This document shows, one piece after another, positions 1-10,150 of a stretch of 64,000 bases of DNA. Under the pieces are notes generated by a model that was not told the origin of the DNA, did not search any database, and saw only the letters and a list, made by a program, of their open reading frames with translations. This stretch comes from an uncultured Chitinophagaceae bacterium (GTDB lineage Bacteria; Bacteroidota; Bacteroidia; Chitinophagales; CAIOSU01): positions 229-64,228 of the forward strand of contig CAZIZP010000010.1 of NCBI GenBank assembly GCA_964543705.1, read 5' to 3'. The position numbers and the translations under genes were made by a program. The first letter of the stretch is position 1; the number at the start of each line of letters is the position of its first letter.

Positions 1-436
1 TTGAATTGGTAGTATCTACCTTGGTAATAATGTGTTCAATAATGCCTTTCTCGTTTATAATAAATGTAGTACGACTGGTGCCCATATAGGTTTTGCCCAT
101 AAACTTTTTTTCGCCCCACACACCGTAAGCAGCCACAATGGTTTTGTCTTCATCGGCTACAAGGGTAAAAGGCAATTCATATTTATCGGCAAATTTTCCG
201 TGAGATTTTACGCTGTCGGTACTAATGCCAATTACTTCAATGCCTTTCTTTTTCAGCAAATTAAAATTGTCGCGAAAGTTGCAGGCTTCTTTAGTGCAAC
301 CCGGGGTATCATCTTTCGGGTAGAAATATATTACCACCTTTTTGCCTTTAAAATCGGTTAGTTTCACAGGGTTGCCGTTTTGGTCGTTTGCAGTAAATGC
401 TGGGGCTTTATCTCCGGTTTTTAATGTTGTGCTCAT
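1..436 (-). CDS. bcp: thioredoxin-dependent peroxiredoxin Bcp/PrxQ (C-terminal end runs off the window start)
   Basis: Absent from the ORF track because it is truncated. Reverse-strand translation from ATG 436..434 reads [56 protein letters not shown]...[21 protein letters not shown]. It carries the PGCTxxxC peroxidatic/resolving Cys motif typical of Bcp. The listed + ORF 32..361 is its antisense shadow. Confidence 0.85.
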   Translation of the reverse strand, partial: MSTTLKTGDKAPAFTANDQNGNPVKLTDFKGKKVVIYFYPKDDTPGCTKEACNFRDNFNLLKKKGIEVIGISTDSVKSHGKFADKYELPFTLVADEDKTIVAAYGVWGEKKFMGKTYMGTSRTTFIINEKGIIEHIITKVDTTNS

Positions 437-438
437 GG

Positions 439-2151
439 TTATCTTCTAAATGTGGTTTTAAATAATTGTTTATTATTCATTCTATCGGTAACCTCAAAAA
501 CAAGTTCGTGTAAGCCTTGTTCAAGCGAGGGTTCAAATTTATGCCAAACCAAACTATTTTTAGCATCATACTCAGTAAGTGCCCACTTGCCATCAATAAA
601 TAAATCAATATTATTTACTCCGGTAAGATTATCTGAAACCCTGAATTTCACAATATTTTCAGCCCGCATCAGTTTATTGGCATAAATATTAATCGGGTTT
701 ATTTTAGGCGGTGTAGTGTCTATAGAAATATAAAACTTACCAAACTCTTTACTGCTAAAGGTAAAAGCCTCATCGCCATTCCATTCGCCATACAACGGGG
801 CACGGTTGCCCTTAAAGTTTTCTCTAACCGCTAAAGCTTTATGTTTTAGTGTTTCGGGTAAGTTTTTAGCAAACAAGGTAAGTTTAAATTCACGTTGGCA
901 GGGCTCTAAATCGGTGTGTAACTGGTGAATGTCTGAAAAAATTTTTGACTCGGCATTGCCCGGTGTAACATTGTAATTGAAACATACATTTTCGTAAAAA
1001 GTAGAATCTTTAAACTGAACACTAATGCCATCGGCTTCAAACTCGTGTGGTTTTATGTAAGAAAATATTTGCTGAAATTTTTTTGGCTGAAAAGAGAAAA
1101 TATTGGAAGTGGAATCGTGATGTAAATAAAATTGCACTCTCGAAGTGTTTTGATTAAAATCGGAAACTTCTATAACAACCTTTACAGGTTCGTTTTTTAA
1201 GTAAATAAAACCATCATTAGTAAGGCTGAAATATACCGGTAAATAATTGCCCGGCAGCCTGTAACAACGATGATATTTTGCACCTGTAATCTTATGGGTG
1301 CGGTGTTCCATGTGTCCGGCAATTTTTTTGCCATCGTCAAAAGAACCTAGTTTATTAAAGCGAAAACCGTAATGTGTTTCATCTTCAACCTTTAGTTTTA
1401 ATTCATAAATGCCATTGTTGTTTTCGCTGCCTTCCATTTTGTCTTCAGTAAAAACAGATACACCAATTTTTGTGGCATTTACTTTTAAAGTGTCTTTATT
1501 ATATAAACCAAAGTAACTGCCTTTTTTAACAAGCTTAATTTTTACTTCATTAGAAGAGGCATCTTCTTTATTAAAAGCTTGTAGCATAAGCTGCCCCACA
1601 TAAGGCGTTGTGTTGTCGTTAATCTGCAATCCAAAAAGTTTAGGATTTACAGGAGCTTCACTTGCTGTTTCTCGCATTTCAAAATGCAGGTGTGGCCCCT
1701 GCGAGCCACCTGTATTGCCCGATAAGGCTACCCATTCTCTTCGCTTTACTTTAATAACATCTGGCGGAAGCATGGTGTCTATTTGTGCGCTTTGTAAATA
1801 GTGATGCACTTTATAAAGCCATGCTTCTATTTCGGGTGTAAATTTTTGCAAGTGGCCATATACACTGGTATAGCCTGTGGGATGGTCTATATACAAAGCC
1901 TTTCCATAGCCCGAACCTGAAATTTTGATGCGCGAAATATAACCTTCGTCAACTGCATATATTTTATGGCCTTCTTCACCATTGGTTTTAAAATCGATAC
2001 CTGCATGAAAATGTGAGTTTCGCAACTCGCAAAAAGTGCCTGAAAGCGAAATAGGCAAGTCTATGGGCGAGGCAATTACCGGATAGGTTTTGGGTTGGGC
2101 AACAGCACATTCAATCAGTAAAAAAAATAAAATGGTGAAAAATATTTTCAT
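439..2151 (-). CDS. secreted M23 family metallopeptidase with a long C-terminal extension
   Basis: Signal peptide [20 protein letters not shown]23/LytM zinc motifs HFHAGIDF (HxxxD) and GPHLHFE (HxH). Confidence 0.85.
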   Translation of the reverse strand: MKIFFTILFFLLIECAVAQPKTYPVIASPIDLPISLSGTFCELRNSHFHAGIDFKTNGEEGHKIYAVDEGYISRIKISGSGYGKALYIDHPTGYTSVYGHLQKFTPEIEAWLYKVHHYLQSAQIDTMLPPDVIKVKRREWVALSGNTGGSQGPHLHFEMRETASEAPVNPKLFGLQINDNTTPYVGQLMLQAFNKEDASSNEVKIKLVKKGSYFGLYNKDTLKVNATKIGVSVFTEDKMEGSENNNGIYELKLKVEDETHYGFRFNKLGSFDDGKKIAGHMEHRTHKITGAKYHRCYRLPGNYLPVYFSLTNDGFIYLKNEPVKVVIEVSDFNQNTSRVQFYLHHDSTSNIFSFQPKKFQQIFSYIKPHEFEADGISVQFKDSTFYENVCFNYNVTPGNAESKIFSDIHQLHTDLEPCQREFKLTLFAKNLPETLKHKALAVRENFKGNRAPLYGEWNGDEAFTFSSKEFGKFYISIDTTPPKINPINIYANKLMRAENIVKFRVSDNLTGVNNIDLFIDGKWALTEYDAKNSLVWHKFEPSLEQGLHELVFEVTDRMNNKQLFKTTFRR

Positions 2152-2152
2152 G

Positions 2153-2830
2153 CTAAAAATTCGGACTCAACTGGCGTTCATCTTTATAAAAATCTCTAAT
2201 GATGTGTATGGTTTCATCTATACTGTCGGTTATTTTAAAAAGCTGCAAGTCTTCTTTGTTAATGTGATTATATTTTTCCAGCATTACTTTTTCGAGCCAC
2301 ACCACCAGGTCGTTCCAAAATTCAGATCCAAAAAGTATTATAGGAATTTTATCAATCTTCAGGGTTTGTACTAAGGTTAAACATTCAAAGGCTTCATCCA
2401 TAGTGCCAAAGCCACCGGGCATCATTACAAATGCCTGTGCGTATTTTATAAACATTACTTTTCTGACAAAGAAATATTGAAAAGTAATCAGCTTATCGCT
2501 ATCAATAAAAGGGTTGTGAAACTGTTCCATAGGCAAATCAATATTCAGCCCTACAGATTTTCCGCCTCCTTCAAAAGCACCTTTATTGGCTGCTTCCATT
2601 ACACCAGGGCCACCACCTGTGATAATACCATAGCCTTCTTCCGTTAATCGTTTAGAAAGCTTTACGGTAGTTTCATAAAGTTCAGTGTCGGGTAAAGTTC
2701 TTGCCGAACCAAAAATAGAAACACACGGGCCTATTTTATTCAGCTTTTCAAAGCCTTCCACAAATTCGCTCATCACTTTAAATATCATCCACGATGATTC
2801 AGCTTTTAATTCAGTCCAGTTTTTTTGCAT
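2153..2830 (-). CDS. LOG family / TIGR00730 Rossmann-fold protein (cytokinin riboside 5'-monophosphate phosphoribohydrolase-like)
   Basis: Motifs ITGGGPGVMEA and PGGFGTMDE are characteristic of the LOG/lysine-decarboxylase-like family. Confidence 0.85.
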   Translation of the reverse strand: MQKNWTELKAESSWMIFKVMSEFVEGFEKLNKIGPCVSIFGSARTLPDTELYETTVKLSKRLTEEGYGIITGGGPGVMEAANKGAFEGGGKSVGLNIDLPMEQFHNPFIDSDKLITFQYFFVRKVMFIKYAQAFVMMPGGFGTMDEAFECLTLVQTLKIDKIPIILFGSEFWNDLVVWLEKVMLEKYNHINKEDLQLFKITDSIDETIHIIRDFYKDERQLSPNF

Positions 2831-2855
2831 AGAATAATATTTTAGAAAGAAACTT

Positions 2856-4313
2856 TTAAGCCTTAGCAGCTTGTTTCTTATGAATAATAAATAAACCTGT
2901 AAAAGTTAAAACCCCATTGAGCAGCAACAGTTCAAAGCCAAACTTATAACCGTTTAATAGATCTTCGGAATAGGCATTAAGCAAATAACAAGCCAAAGGT
3001 GATAGTAAACAAACCAATGGAACCCATTTATCTTTTAGGTTTAATTTGGTAAACAATCCAAAAGTATATAGCCCAAGCAACGGGCCATAGGTATAACCTG
3101 CAATGGTAAATAACTCTTTAATAACACTATCGTTATTAATGGCTTTAAATAATAAAATGCATAAAAACATTACTGCCGACATGCCTAAATGTACCATGCG
3201 TCTTATATATGTTTGCTTTTCTTCAGCATACTTTTTTATGTTTATTATATCTATGCAGAAAGAAGTAGTAAGGGCTGTAAGCGCAGAATCGGCACTGGAA
3301 TAGGCAGCAGCAATTAGCCCTAAAACAAAAAGTACAGCAACTATGCTGCCTAAATAACCTTGCATAGCAAGCATAGGAAATAACTGGTCGCTTTTTTCGG
3401 GTAAGGCAATAAAATTTGTTTCGGCATATAAATACAACAGCGCGCCTAGTGAAAGAAAAATAAGGTTTACAAATACCAACACAATGCTAAACCAAAACAT
3501 ATTCTTTTGTGCATCGCCTATGTTTTTACAACTTAGGTTTTTTTGCATCATGTCCTGGTCTAAGCCGGTCATGGCTATGGCAATAAACATGCCTCCTAAA
3601 AAATGTTTCCAAAAGTAATTTGGCGATTGCCATTCATCGAAAAAGAAAATTTTAGAGTAGTTGCTGTTTTTAACCAAAGTAAAAACTTCAGATATATTCA
3701 GGTTTAGCTGATTGCCTATTATAAAAATAGTTAGCACCACTGCTACCAGCATAAATAAAGTTTGTAGCGTATCAGTCCACACAATAGTTTTTATACCGCC
3801 TTTGTATGTGTATAGCCAAATAAGCAAAATAGTAGCTACTACGGTAAGCCAAAAAGGCAATCCCATTTTATCAAAAATGGTAAACTGCATTACACTGGCT
3901 ACCAAAAACATTCTGAACGATGCGCCAATAGTTCTGGACACTAAAAAATAAAATGCACCTGTTTTGTACGACCAAAAGCCAAACCGTTGTTCAAGATAGC
4001 TGTAAATAGAAGTAAGATTCAGCCTGTAGTACATGGGCATTAAAACTGTGGCTATTACAAGGTAGCCCGCCAGATAACCCAATACGGTTTGCATGTAAGC
4101 AAACTGGCTACTGCTTACCCAGCCCGGAATTGATATAAAGGTTACTCCTGAAAGCGATGCGCCAATCATGCCGAATGCTACCAAATACCAAGGAGACTGC
4201 TTGTTGCCAATAAAAAAAGAGTTGTTATCTGCCTTGTCCGATGTAAAATATGCCACCACCATCAATAATGAAAAGTAGCATAGAATAGTTAATAAAAACA
4301 AAGAGGCCGACAT
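2856..4313 (-). CDS. sodium:solute symporter family transporter
   Basis: 485 aa, about 13 hydrophobic spans. SSF-like N-terminus (FFIGNKQSPWYLVAFGMIGASLSGVTFISIPGW). Confidence 0.8.
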   Translation of the reverse strand: MSASLFLLTILCYFSLLMVVAYFTSDKADNNSFFIGNKQSPWYLVAFGMIGASLSGVTFISIPGWVSSSQFAYMQTVLGYLAGYLVIATVLMPMYYRLNLTSIYSYLEQRFGFWSYKTGAFYFLVSRTIGASFRMFLVASVMQFTIFDKMGLPFWLTVVATILLIWLYTYKGGIKTIVWTDTLQTLFMLVAVVLTIFIIGNQLNLNISEVFTLVKNSNYSKIFFFDEWQSPNYFWKHFLGGMFIAIAMTGLDQDMMQKNLSCKNIGDAQKNMFWFSIVLVFVNLIFLSLGALLYLYAETNFIALPEKSDQLFPMLAMQGYLGSIVAVLFVLGLIAAAYSSADSALTALTTSFCIDIINIKKYAEEKQTYIRRMVHLGMSAVMFLCILLFKAINNDSVIKELFTIAGYTYGPLLGLYTFGLFTKLNLKDKWVPLVCLLSPLACYLLNAYSEDLLNGYKFGFELLLLNGVLTFTGLFIIHKKQAAKA

Positions 4314-4422
4314 GAATAACCTGATATTTATTTCAGGTATAAAAGTAGGCTTATCTGTTTGCAGTAACCGCTAAATGCCTTTGCAGAATGTAAACGTGAT
4401 ATTGTTGATTTGCAAAAACAAA

Positions 4423-4986
4423 CTATTTACCAAGCAAACCGGTTTTTAGGGCATCATCAACCGGTTCGGAAGAAAGCCAAATACCAAAAAGAGCCTTTTT
4501 AAAGTCTAAGCCTTCTGTAGTATTCTGAAACTTTTTGTTTTTATACACTTTAATTCCATTACCCGGAACATAATATAAGTCGAAAATATCGCCTTCTTTA
4601 ATAGCTTCCTTTTTGAAGGTTTCAATAAAAGCATCTATTTTGGGCTGCATGGGTTTTGTGTTTCCTTTCAGCGATTTTCCAAAGCCTTCCTGTATAGCTT
4701 CAGACATGTTTTCGCTATTAATCATGCTTGAAGTAATTTGAAGCCTCATAGCCATAGGCTTATCGGCATTAATAATATTTTCAGCATTTACGGTTTTGTT
4801 TTCCAAATATAAGCCCGCAGTGTATAGTTTGAAAAATGCTTTTTTTCTAATACCACCACCATTTAATACCAGATTGGTTTTTTCAGCATTTAAAGAGGCT
4901 GGTAGTTTAACGCCATTTAGGGTTACTTGCGCAATAGCCGGAAAAGAAAACACGAACAATGACAATACAAAAAAATATTTTTTCAT
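4423..4986 (-). CDS. secreted chalcone isomerase-like family protein
   Basis: Signal peptide MKKYFFVLSLFVFSFPAIAQ. The segment LVLNGGGIRKKAFFKLYTAGLYL resembles the bacterial chalcone-isomerase-like (Chalcone_3) fold family. Confidence 0.6.
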   Translation of the reverse strand: MKKYFFVLSLFVFSFPAIAQVTLNGVKLPASLNAEKTNLVLNGGGIRKKAFFKLYTAGLYLENKTVNAENIINADKPMAMRLQITSSMINSENMSEAIQEGFGKSLKGNTKPMQPKIDAFIETFKKEAIKEGDIFDLYYVPGNGIKVYKNKKFQNTTEGLDFKKALFGIWLSSEPVDDALKTGLLGK

Positions 4987-5062
4987 AATCAGAAGTTTTT
5001 TGAAGGAAACAAGTTAACAAACATGTTGCCAAAATAATTAAAATATTACTATGCGGAAATAG

Positions 5063-6307
5063 TTAATGAAACCTGCAGGTAAGCACCGTAATATCATCGG
5101 TAAAGCTGCCTTCGCCTTTATAGTCATTTACATAATCCATTAATCGCCTGTTAAATTCATTAATCGGAAGGTGATGGTTTGACTCAAAGAAAGTCATTAA
5201 TCTTTCCAGTGAAAAGAATTCTCCCTTTTCGTTTTCAAAATCTATTAGGCCATCGGTATAATTTATCAATACGGCCTCTTTTTTCAGCACTACTTCACCA
5301 ACATTTATAAAAGGTAGGTCTTCGAACATACCTAACAAGGTGCAACCTGTTTCGAGTTCTGTTATAGTATCTTGATTATACAACAGCGGGGGGTTATGCC
5401 CTGCATTTACATAGCGCAATACACGGGTTTCAAAATTAAATACTCCTAAAAACAGTGTAATAAATTTTTCGCCTTTGGTAATGGTGCTTACTTTATCGTT
5501 CAGGCTTTCCACAAAAACTTTCAGGTCGTTAGACTCTATCATTTGCGTACGCAAATAGCCCTGAAAGTTTGCCATTAATAGTGCAGCAGCTATTCCTTTT
5601 CCCGATATATCGCCAATAGTAAACGCCACATCGTTTTCAGAAATTTTAATAAAATCGAAATAGTCGCCACCAATTTCGTGGTGGGGAAGATACACTGATG
5701 CTACTTCAACTTTATCGTCATTGGGCAAATCGGCAGGAATAAGCATTGACTGCATTTGCGCAGCAAATTCCAATTCTTTTTTCATTACCTCTTGCTGAAT
5801 TTGATTGCTGAACAATCTTTTATTTTCAACAGCTACCATTACAATATTGGTAATGGTTTGTACAAACTTCAGTTTTTCTTCTATGGTATCGGTATCGTCT
5901 GCTTTCAGGTCGTCTATAAGTACATATGCCAGGGGAATGTCTTTGTGATAAACAGGAATTAAAATATCGAACTGATTAAGGCTTTTATTAGTAAAATTAC
6001 GCAATAAGGTAATGCCTTTATAAGGAATCAAATCGCGCTCTACATCAATTTTGTCTTTCAGCTCAGGATTAATACCGGTAGAGCACACACAATCCCACTT
6101 AGAGTTTTTTACATACACTAACAGCCCGTTAATACCCATTTGTGCCCGAAGAATAAATTCATAAATTCTGAATAATGCAGAAGTAGAAAAATTATTATTA
6201 ATGGCTTGCGATACTTCGAGTAGCGAATTGATTTGCAGCTGCTTTATAGTAAGGAGTCGCTCAAAATGACTCATCTTCACATCAACATCGCTTGTGTAGG
6301 ACTCCAT
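5063..6307 (-). CDS. GAF domain-containing PP2C/SpoIIE family serine phosphatase
   Basis: The C-terminal half carries SpoIIE/PP2C motifs: EIGGDYFDF, GDISGKGIAAALLMA, NYTDGLID, DDITVLTCRF. The N-terminal roughly 170 aa are GAF-like. Confidence 0.8.
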   Translation of the reverse strand: MESYTSDVDVKMSHFERLLTIKQLQINSLLEVSQAINNNFSTSALFRIYEFILRAQMGINGLLVYVKNSKWDCVCSTGINPELKDKIDVERDLIPYKGITLLRNFTNKSLNQFDILIPVYHKDIPLAYVLIDDLKADDTDTIEEKLKFVQTITNIVMVAVENKRLFSNQIQQEVMKKELEFAAQMQSMLIPADLPNDDKVEVASVYLPHHEIGGDYFDFIKISENDVAFTIGDISGKGIAAALLMANFQGYLRTQMIESNDLKVFVESLNDKVSTITKGEKFITLFLGVFNFETRVLRYVNAGHNPPLLYNQDTITELETGCTLLGMFEDLPFINVGEVVLKKEAVLINYTDGLIDFENEKGEFFSLERLMTFFESNHHLPINEFNRRLMDYVNDYKGEGSFTDDITVLTCRFH

Positions 6308-6355
6308 GGTTTAGTTATTAATTATAAATTCTTCAGTAAAGTAAAATAAAAAATA

Positions 6356-7555
6356 TTATTTATCGGTACTTGTTTTTACGTCCATAGCATCACGTAATCC
6401 ATTACCCACAAAATTGAACGCCAATACCATAATCATAATAGCAATACCGGGTATTATAGCCAAAAACGGGCTTTCTCCAATTATATATCCATAGTTTTCA
6501 TTTAACATGCCACCCCACGATGGCTTTGGTGGCTGCACGCCAATACCTAAAAAACTTAAACCTGCTTCTATAATTATTGCTGAAGCAAAGTTGGTGGCTG
6601 CCACTACTGCCAATGGGCCAACTATATTAGGTAATACATGCAGTAAAATAGTTCGGGTATGCGAATAGCCTAAACTATGCGCTGCCTCTATGTATTGCAT
6701 TTCACGAATGCCCATTACCTGCCCACGCACTATGCGTGCCGCTTCTACCCACATGGTTAAACCCACAGCAATAAATATTTGCCAAAAGCCTTTGCCAATG
6801 GCCAGTGTCATAGCAAACACCAAAAGCAAAGTAGGTACTGACCAGATGACATTTATAAACCACATAATTAGCTCGTCTATCCACCCCCTGAAATAACCTG
6901 CAAGCGAGCCTAACAGTACTCCAATAAAAATTGAAATAACCACTGCAATAAAGCCTACCGACAAAGAAATTCTTATACCAATAACCAATCTGCTCAACAT
7001 ATCTCTTCCAAACTTATCGGTGCCTAACAAAAACGTGCGAGAGGAAATTTGTTGCCTCACTTCCTGCTGAAGCGTTTCTATATTGGTACTTATATTTTCT
7101 TCTGAAAAATTAATGTATTCAATTTGGCCACTCTGAATATTATAACTAAATGTTTCTGAATTAATAGGGCTAATAATATCTGCCAGCAAATAAGCTTTTT
7201 CCGATTTTCTTTCTGAATTGGTGTATTCAACTATGATAATAGAATCGTTTGAAAACCGATAACTGCTAATAGGAATCATTTCAAAACGATTTTCTGCACC
7301 ATAAATCATTTTTTCAATCAATGAAACCAGTTCAAAATTTTTGTTTTTATGTTTCTGCAACAACAACACTTTAAAGCCGGGTGGCTTATTGGTAATTTGA
7401 AGTATTTGGTCGTTGGCATCGGGGGTGCTATCGGGTGTAACAGTATAACCCAACAAAGCAATTATTATTGAAAAAATAATAATTGATAAGCCTGCCACAG
7501 CAGAGCGGTTTTTTAAAAATCGCTGCCACGAACGGTAAAACGGATTGTTATTCAA
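6356..7555 (-). CDS. ABC transporter permease (DppC/OppC-like, BPD_transp_1)
   Basis: EAA-loop IEAAHSLGYSHTRTILLHVLPN. Multiple TM spans, with a long loop after TM1. No cognate ATPase or binding protein is adjacent. Confidence 0.8.
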   Translation of the reverse strand: MNNNPFYRSWQRFLKNRSAVAGLSIIIFSIIIALLGYTVTPDSTPDANDQILQITNKPPGFKVLLLQKHKNKNFELVSLIEKMIYGAENRFEMIPISSYRFSNDSIIIVEYTNSERKSEKAYLLADIISPINSETFSYNIQSGQIEYINFSEENISTNIETLQQEVRQQISSRTFLLGTDKFGRDMLSRLVIGIRISLSVGFIAVVISIFIGVLLGSLAGYFRGWIDELIMWFINVIWSVPTLLLVFAMTLAIGKGFWQIFIAVGLTMWVEAARIVRGQVMGIREMQYIEAAHSLGYSHTRTILLHVLPNIVGPLAVVAATNFASAIIIEAGLSFLGIGVQPPKPSWGGMLNENYGYIIGESPFLAIIPGIAIMIMVLAFNFVGNGLRDAMDVKTSTDK

Positions 7556-7664
7556 GAAATTAAAGCCGTTTAATTTTTTAGTGATTTATTAAACACCTAC
7601 AAGTATAGTGTTTATTGATGAGTTGGGGCCTGATTACATTAACGTGATTTCAAAAAACAATTAA

Positions 7665-8084
7665 CTATCCAAAGCGCAACTGTCTTTTTCCGTAATCAAT
7701 AATAGCGTTAATGTCTAACAAAATGTCAGAACCTAATATTCCTTGAATCTTAGGTTTTTTAAGACTTTTATAGGTTTCGTTTACATGGGCTAAATCTATT
7801 GCGGCAAATACATGGTTTTTAATTTCTACCTCGCCCATTACAAAACTTTTCACCTTTACAACGGCTGTTTCATTGGTAACGCTGTGTAATCCACGTGTTT
7901 CTTTCTTAAGGGTTTTTATTTTTTTGTTACCCATCAGTTTTTCTGCAAAAGCTTTATCTATAACGGTTTTCGATGCTCCGGTATCTAACAAAAAGCGACA
8001 TTTCACGCCTTCTACATAAAAAGTAAGAAACACGTGATAGCTTTTTTCATCGAGCGCAACGGGTATTAGTTTTAGGGGTTTCAT
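7665..8084 (-). CDS. retropepsin-like (clan AA) aspartic protease, single-lobe
   Basis: 139 aa. Catalytic FLLDTGASKTVI (D34 codon at 7985..7983) plus the second retropepsin hallmark GILGSDIL. No signal peptide. Confidence 0.75.
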   Translation of the reverse strand: MKPLKLIPVALDEKSYHVFLTFYVEGVKCRFLLDTGASKTVIDKAFAEKLMGNKKIKTLKKETRGLHSVTNETAVVKVKSFVMGEVEIKNHVFAAIDLAHVNETYKSLKKPKIQGILGSDILLDINAIIDYGKRQLRFG

Positions 8085-8219
8085 TAATTGTAGTTTTAGT
8101 TATTTGATTTTGTTACCAAAAATAATTCTACGAAAAAATATTGCCATTCTGTCAGTCTGCAGCCCTGTGGCACAACCTTTGCAAAAGTGCGAAACGAATT
8201 AGAAACAAACAATTATATT

Positions 8220-10061
8220 ATGGAAACAGGACAAATTAACGTGCAAACGGAAAATATTTTTCCGATTATTAAAAAATTCTTGTATTCAGACCACGAAATT
8301 TTTTTACGCGAATTGGTATCGAACGCAGTAGATGCCACCCAAAAACTTATCAAGCTTTCTTCTATGGGAGAAGTAAAGGGCGAATTGGGCGACACGCGAA
8401 TTGATGTAATTATAGATGAAGCTGCTAAAACGCTTACGATTCGCGACCGTGGCATTGGCATGACAGCAGATGAAGTGAAAAAATACATCAACCAAATTGC
8501 TTTTTCTTCTGCGGAAGAATTTTTAGAAAAATTTAAAGGCACTGACGGGGCTACTATAATCGGGCATTTCGGTTTAGGTTTTTATTCAGCTTTTATGGTA
8601 GCAGATAGGGTAGAAATTTTTACCAAATCATACAAAGAAGGCTTGGAAGCTGCTCACTGGTCTTGTGATGGTAGTCCTAACTTTACTTTAACGGCTCATG
8701 AAAAAGTTACCAGAGGCAGCGATATTGTATTGCATATTAATGAAGAAAGTAAAGAGTTTTTAGAAAAAAATCGTGTAGAAGATTTACTGAAAAAATATTG
8801 CAAATTTTTACCGGTTTCTATTCGCTTTGGCACTAAAGAAGATTTTGAAGATCTTGAGAAACTTGCCAAGCTAGAGTCTATTAATAATCCTAACCCTGCA
8901 TGGACACGCAAACCTTCAGAGTTGACCAACGATGATTATCAGAATTTCTATAAAGAACTTTACCCTTTTTCTGAGCCACCTTTGTTTTGGATTCATCTGA
9001 ATGTAGATTACCCGTTTAACCTCACCGGCATTTTGTATTTCCCAAAACTGCATCAGGGCTTTGAAATGCAGAAAAACAAAATTCAGCTATACAGCAATCA
9101 AGTATTCGTTACCGATTCCGTAGAAAATATTGTTCCTGAATTTTTAATGCACTTACATGGTGTTATTGATTCACCCGATATTCCGTTGAATGTTTCGCGC
9201 AGCTATTTGCAAAGCGATAGCAATGTGAAAAAAATTAACAACTACATTACTAAAAAAGTAGCCGATAAGCTGCACGATTTATTTAAAGAAAACCGAAAAG
9301 ATTTTGAAGAGAAATGGGAGCATATTGGGTTGTTTGTAAAATTCGGTATGATAAGCGAAGATAAGTTTCGTGAGAAAGCAAAGAGCTATTCACTGCTTCA
9401 AAATCTTGACAATAAATTCTTTACCATTGAAGAATATCGTGAGCAAATTAAAGCTAACCAAACCGATAAAAATGAGACGTTGGTTGCACTTTACGCTACA
9501 AATACCGAACAGCAACACGCCTATATTGATGCAGCAAAAGCCAAAGGCTATGATGTATTGTTGATGGACTCAATAATTGACAGCCACTTTATTAATCACT
9601 TAGAAGGAGCAGAAGAAAAATTATCGTTTAAACGAGTTGATGCTGATACTGCCGATAATTTAATTGAGAAAGACAGCAAATTGGAATCGGTACTCTCGAA
9701 AGATGAAGAGAAATCTTTAGAAGAATTGTTTAAGGCGCATATTAACAGCACATCGGTAACCGTGCAGCTAAAACCACTTTCGCCCGATGAGCAACCTGCC
9801 TTTATAACTAAGCCAGAATTTATGAGGCGCTTTAGCGATATGCAAGCTGTTTCAGGACAAAAAAATCACATGCCTGAATTTCTAAACTTAGTATTGAACA
9901 CTAACCACCCGGCAATTAATAAAATTTTAAAAGAAGAAAATGCCGATAAGAAAAACAGCTTGGTTGATCAAGTGTATGATTTAGCATTGCTTTCTCAGGG
10001 AATGTTGAAAGGCGAAAAACTTACTAAGTTTATTAAGCGCAGCGTTTCACTTATCGATTAA
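8220..10061 (+). CDS. htpG: molecular chaperone HtpG (Hsp90)
   Basis: Hsp90 N-terminal ATPase motifs (LYSDHEIFLRELVSNAVDA, GIGMT, GHFGLGFYSAFMVAD). I prefer ATG 8220 over the GTG at 8187 used in the ORF track. Confidence 0.95.
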   Translation: METGQINVQTENIFPIIKKFLYSDHEIFLRELVSNAVDATQKLIKLSSMGEVKGELGDTRIDVIIDEAAKTLTIRDRGIGMTADEVKKYINQIAFSSAEEFLEKFKGTDGATIIGHFGLGFYSAFMVADRVEIFTKSYKEGLEAAHWSCDGSPNFTLTAHEKVTRGSDIVLHINEESKEFLEKNRVEDLLKKYCKFLPVSIRFGTKEDFEDLEKLAKLESINNPNPAWTRKPSELTNDDYQNFYKELYPFSEPPLFWIHLNVDYPFNLTGILYFPKLHQGFEMQKNKIQLYSNQVFVTDSVENIVPEFLMHLHGVIDSPDIPLNVSRSYLQSDSNVKKINNYITKKVADKLHDLFKENRKDFEEKWEHIGLFVKFGMISEDKFREKAKSYSLLQNLDNKFFTIEEYREQIKANQTDKNETLVALYATNTEQQHAYIDAAKAKGYDVLLMDSIIDSHFINHLEGAEEKLSFKRVDADTADNLIEKDSKLESVLSKDEEKSLEELFKAHINSTSVTVQLKPLSPDEQPAFITKPEFMRRFSDMQAVSGQKNHMPEFLNLVLNTNHPAINKILKEENADKKNSLVDQVYDLALLSQGMLKGEKLTKFIKRSVSLID

Positions 10062-10080
10062 CGGATAGTCTTTATGTGCA

Positions 10081-10112
10081 AAAGCCTCGCTATCAAATGA
10101 AAGCGAGGCTTT
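10081..10112. terminator. hairpin between the convergent htpG and mfd genes (candidate bidirectional terminator)
   Basis: aaagcctcgct (10081..10091) pairs perfectly with agcgaggcttt (10102..10112), giving an 11-bp stem. The flanks are A/T-rich. Confidence 0.6.
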
Positions 10113-10150
10113 TAAATATTAAAATTTCAATCGCAATCAACTTTTTAGTT

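Noticed and set aside
32-361. 109-aa + strand ORF listed in the track
   Set aside because: It lies antisense to a clear Bcp peroxiredoxin reading frame (minus strand, 436..1) with the PGCTxxxC motif. The + strand product has no recognisable features.
8187-8219. N-terminal extensions in the ORF track from non-ATG starts (8187 htpG, 18164 ABC ATPase, 22382 permease, 37242 serS, 43420 mazG-like, 50090 hydrolase, 52575 bshA, 61868 TPR, 63327 PH-like)
   Set aside because: In each case an internal ATG gives the conserved family N-terminus or a proper signal peptide. It also removes overlap with a neighbour or a promoter box, so the shorter coordinates are reported.
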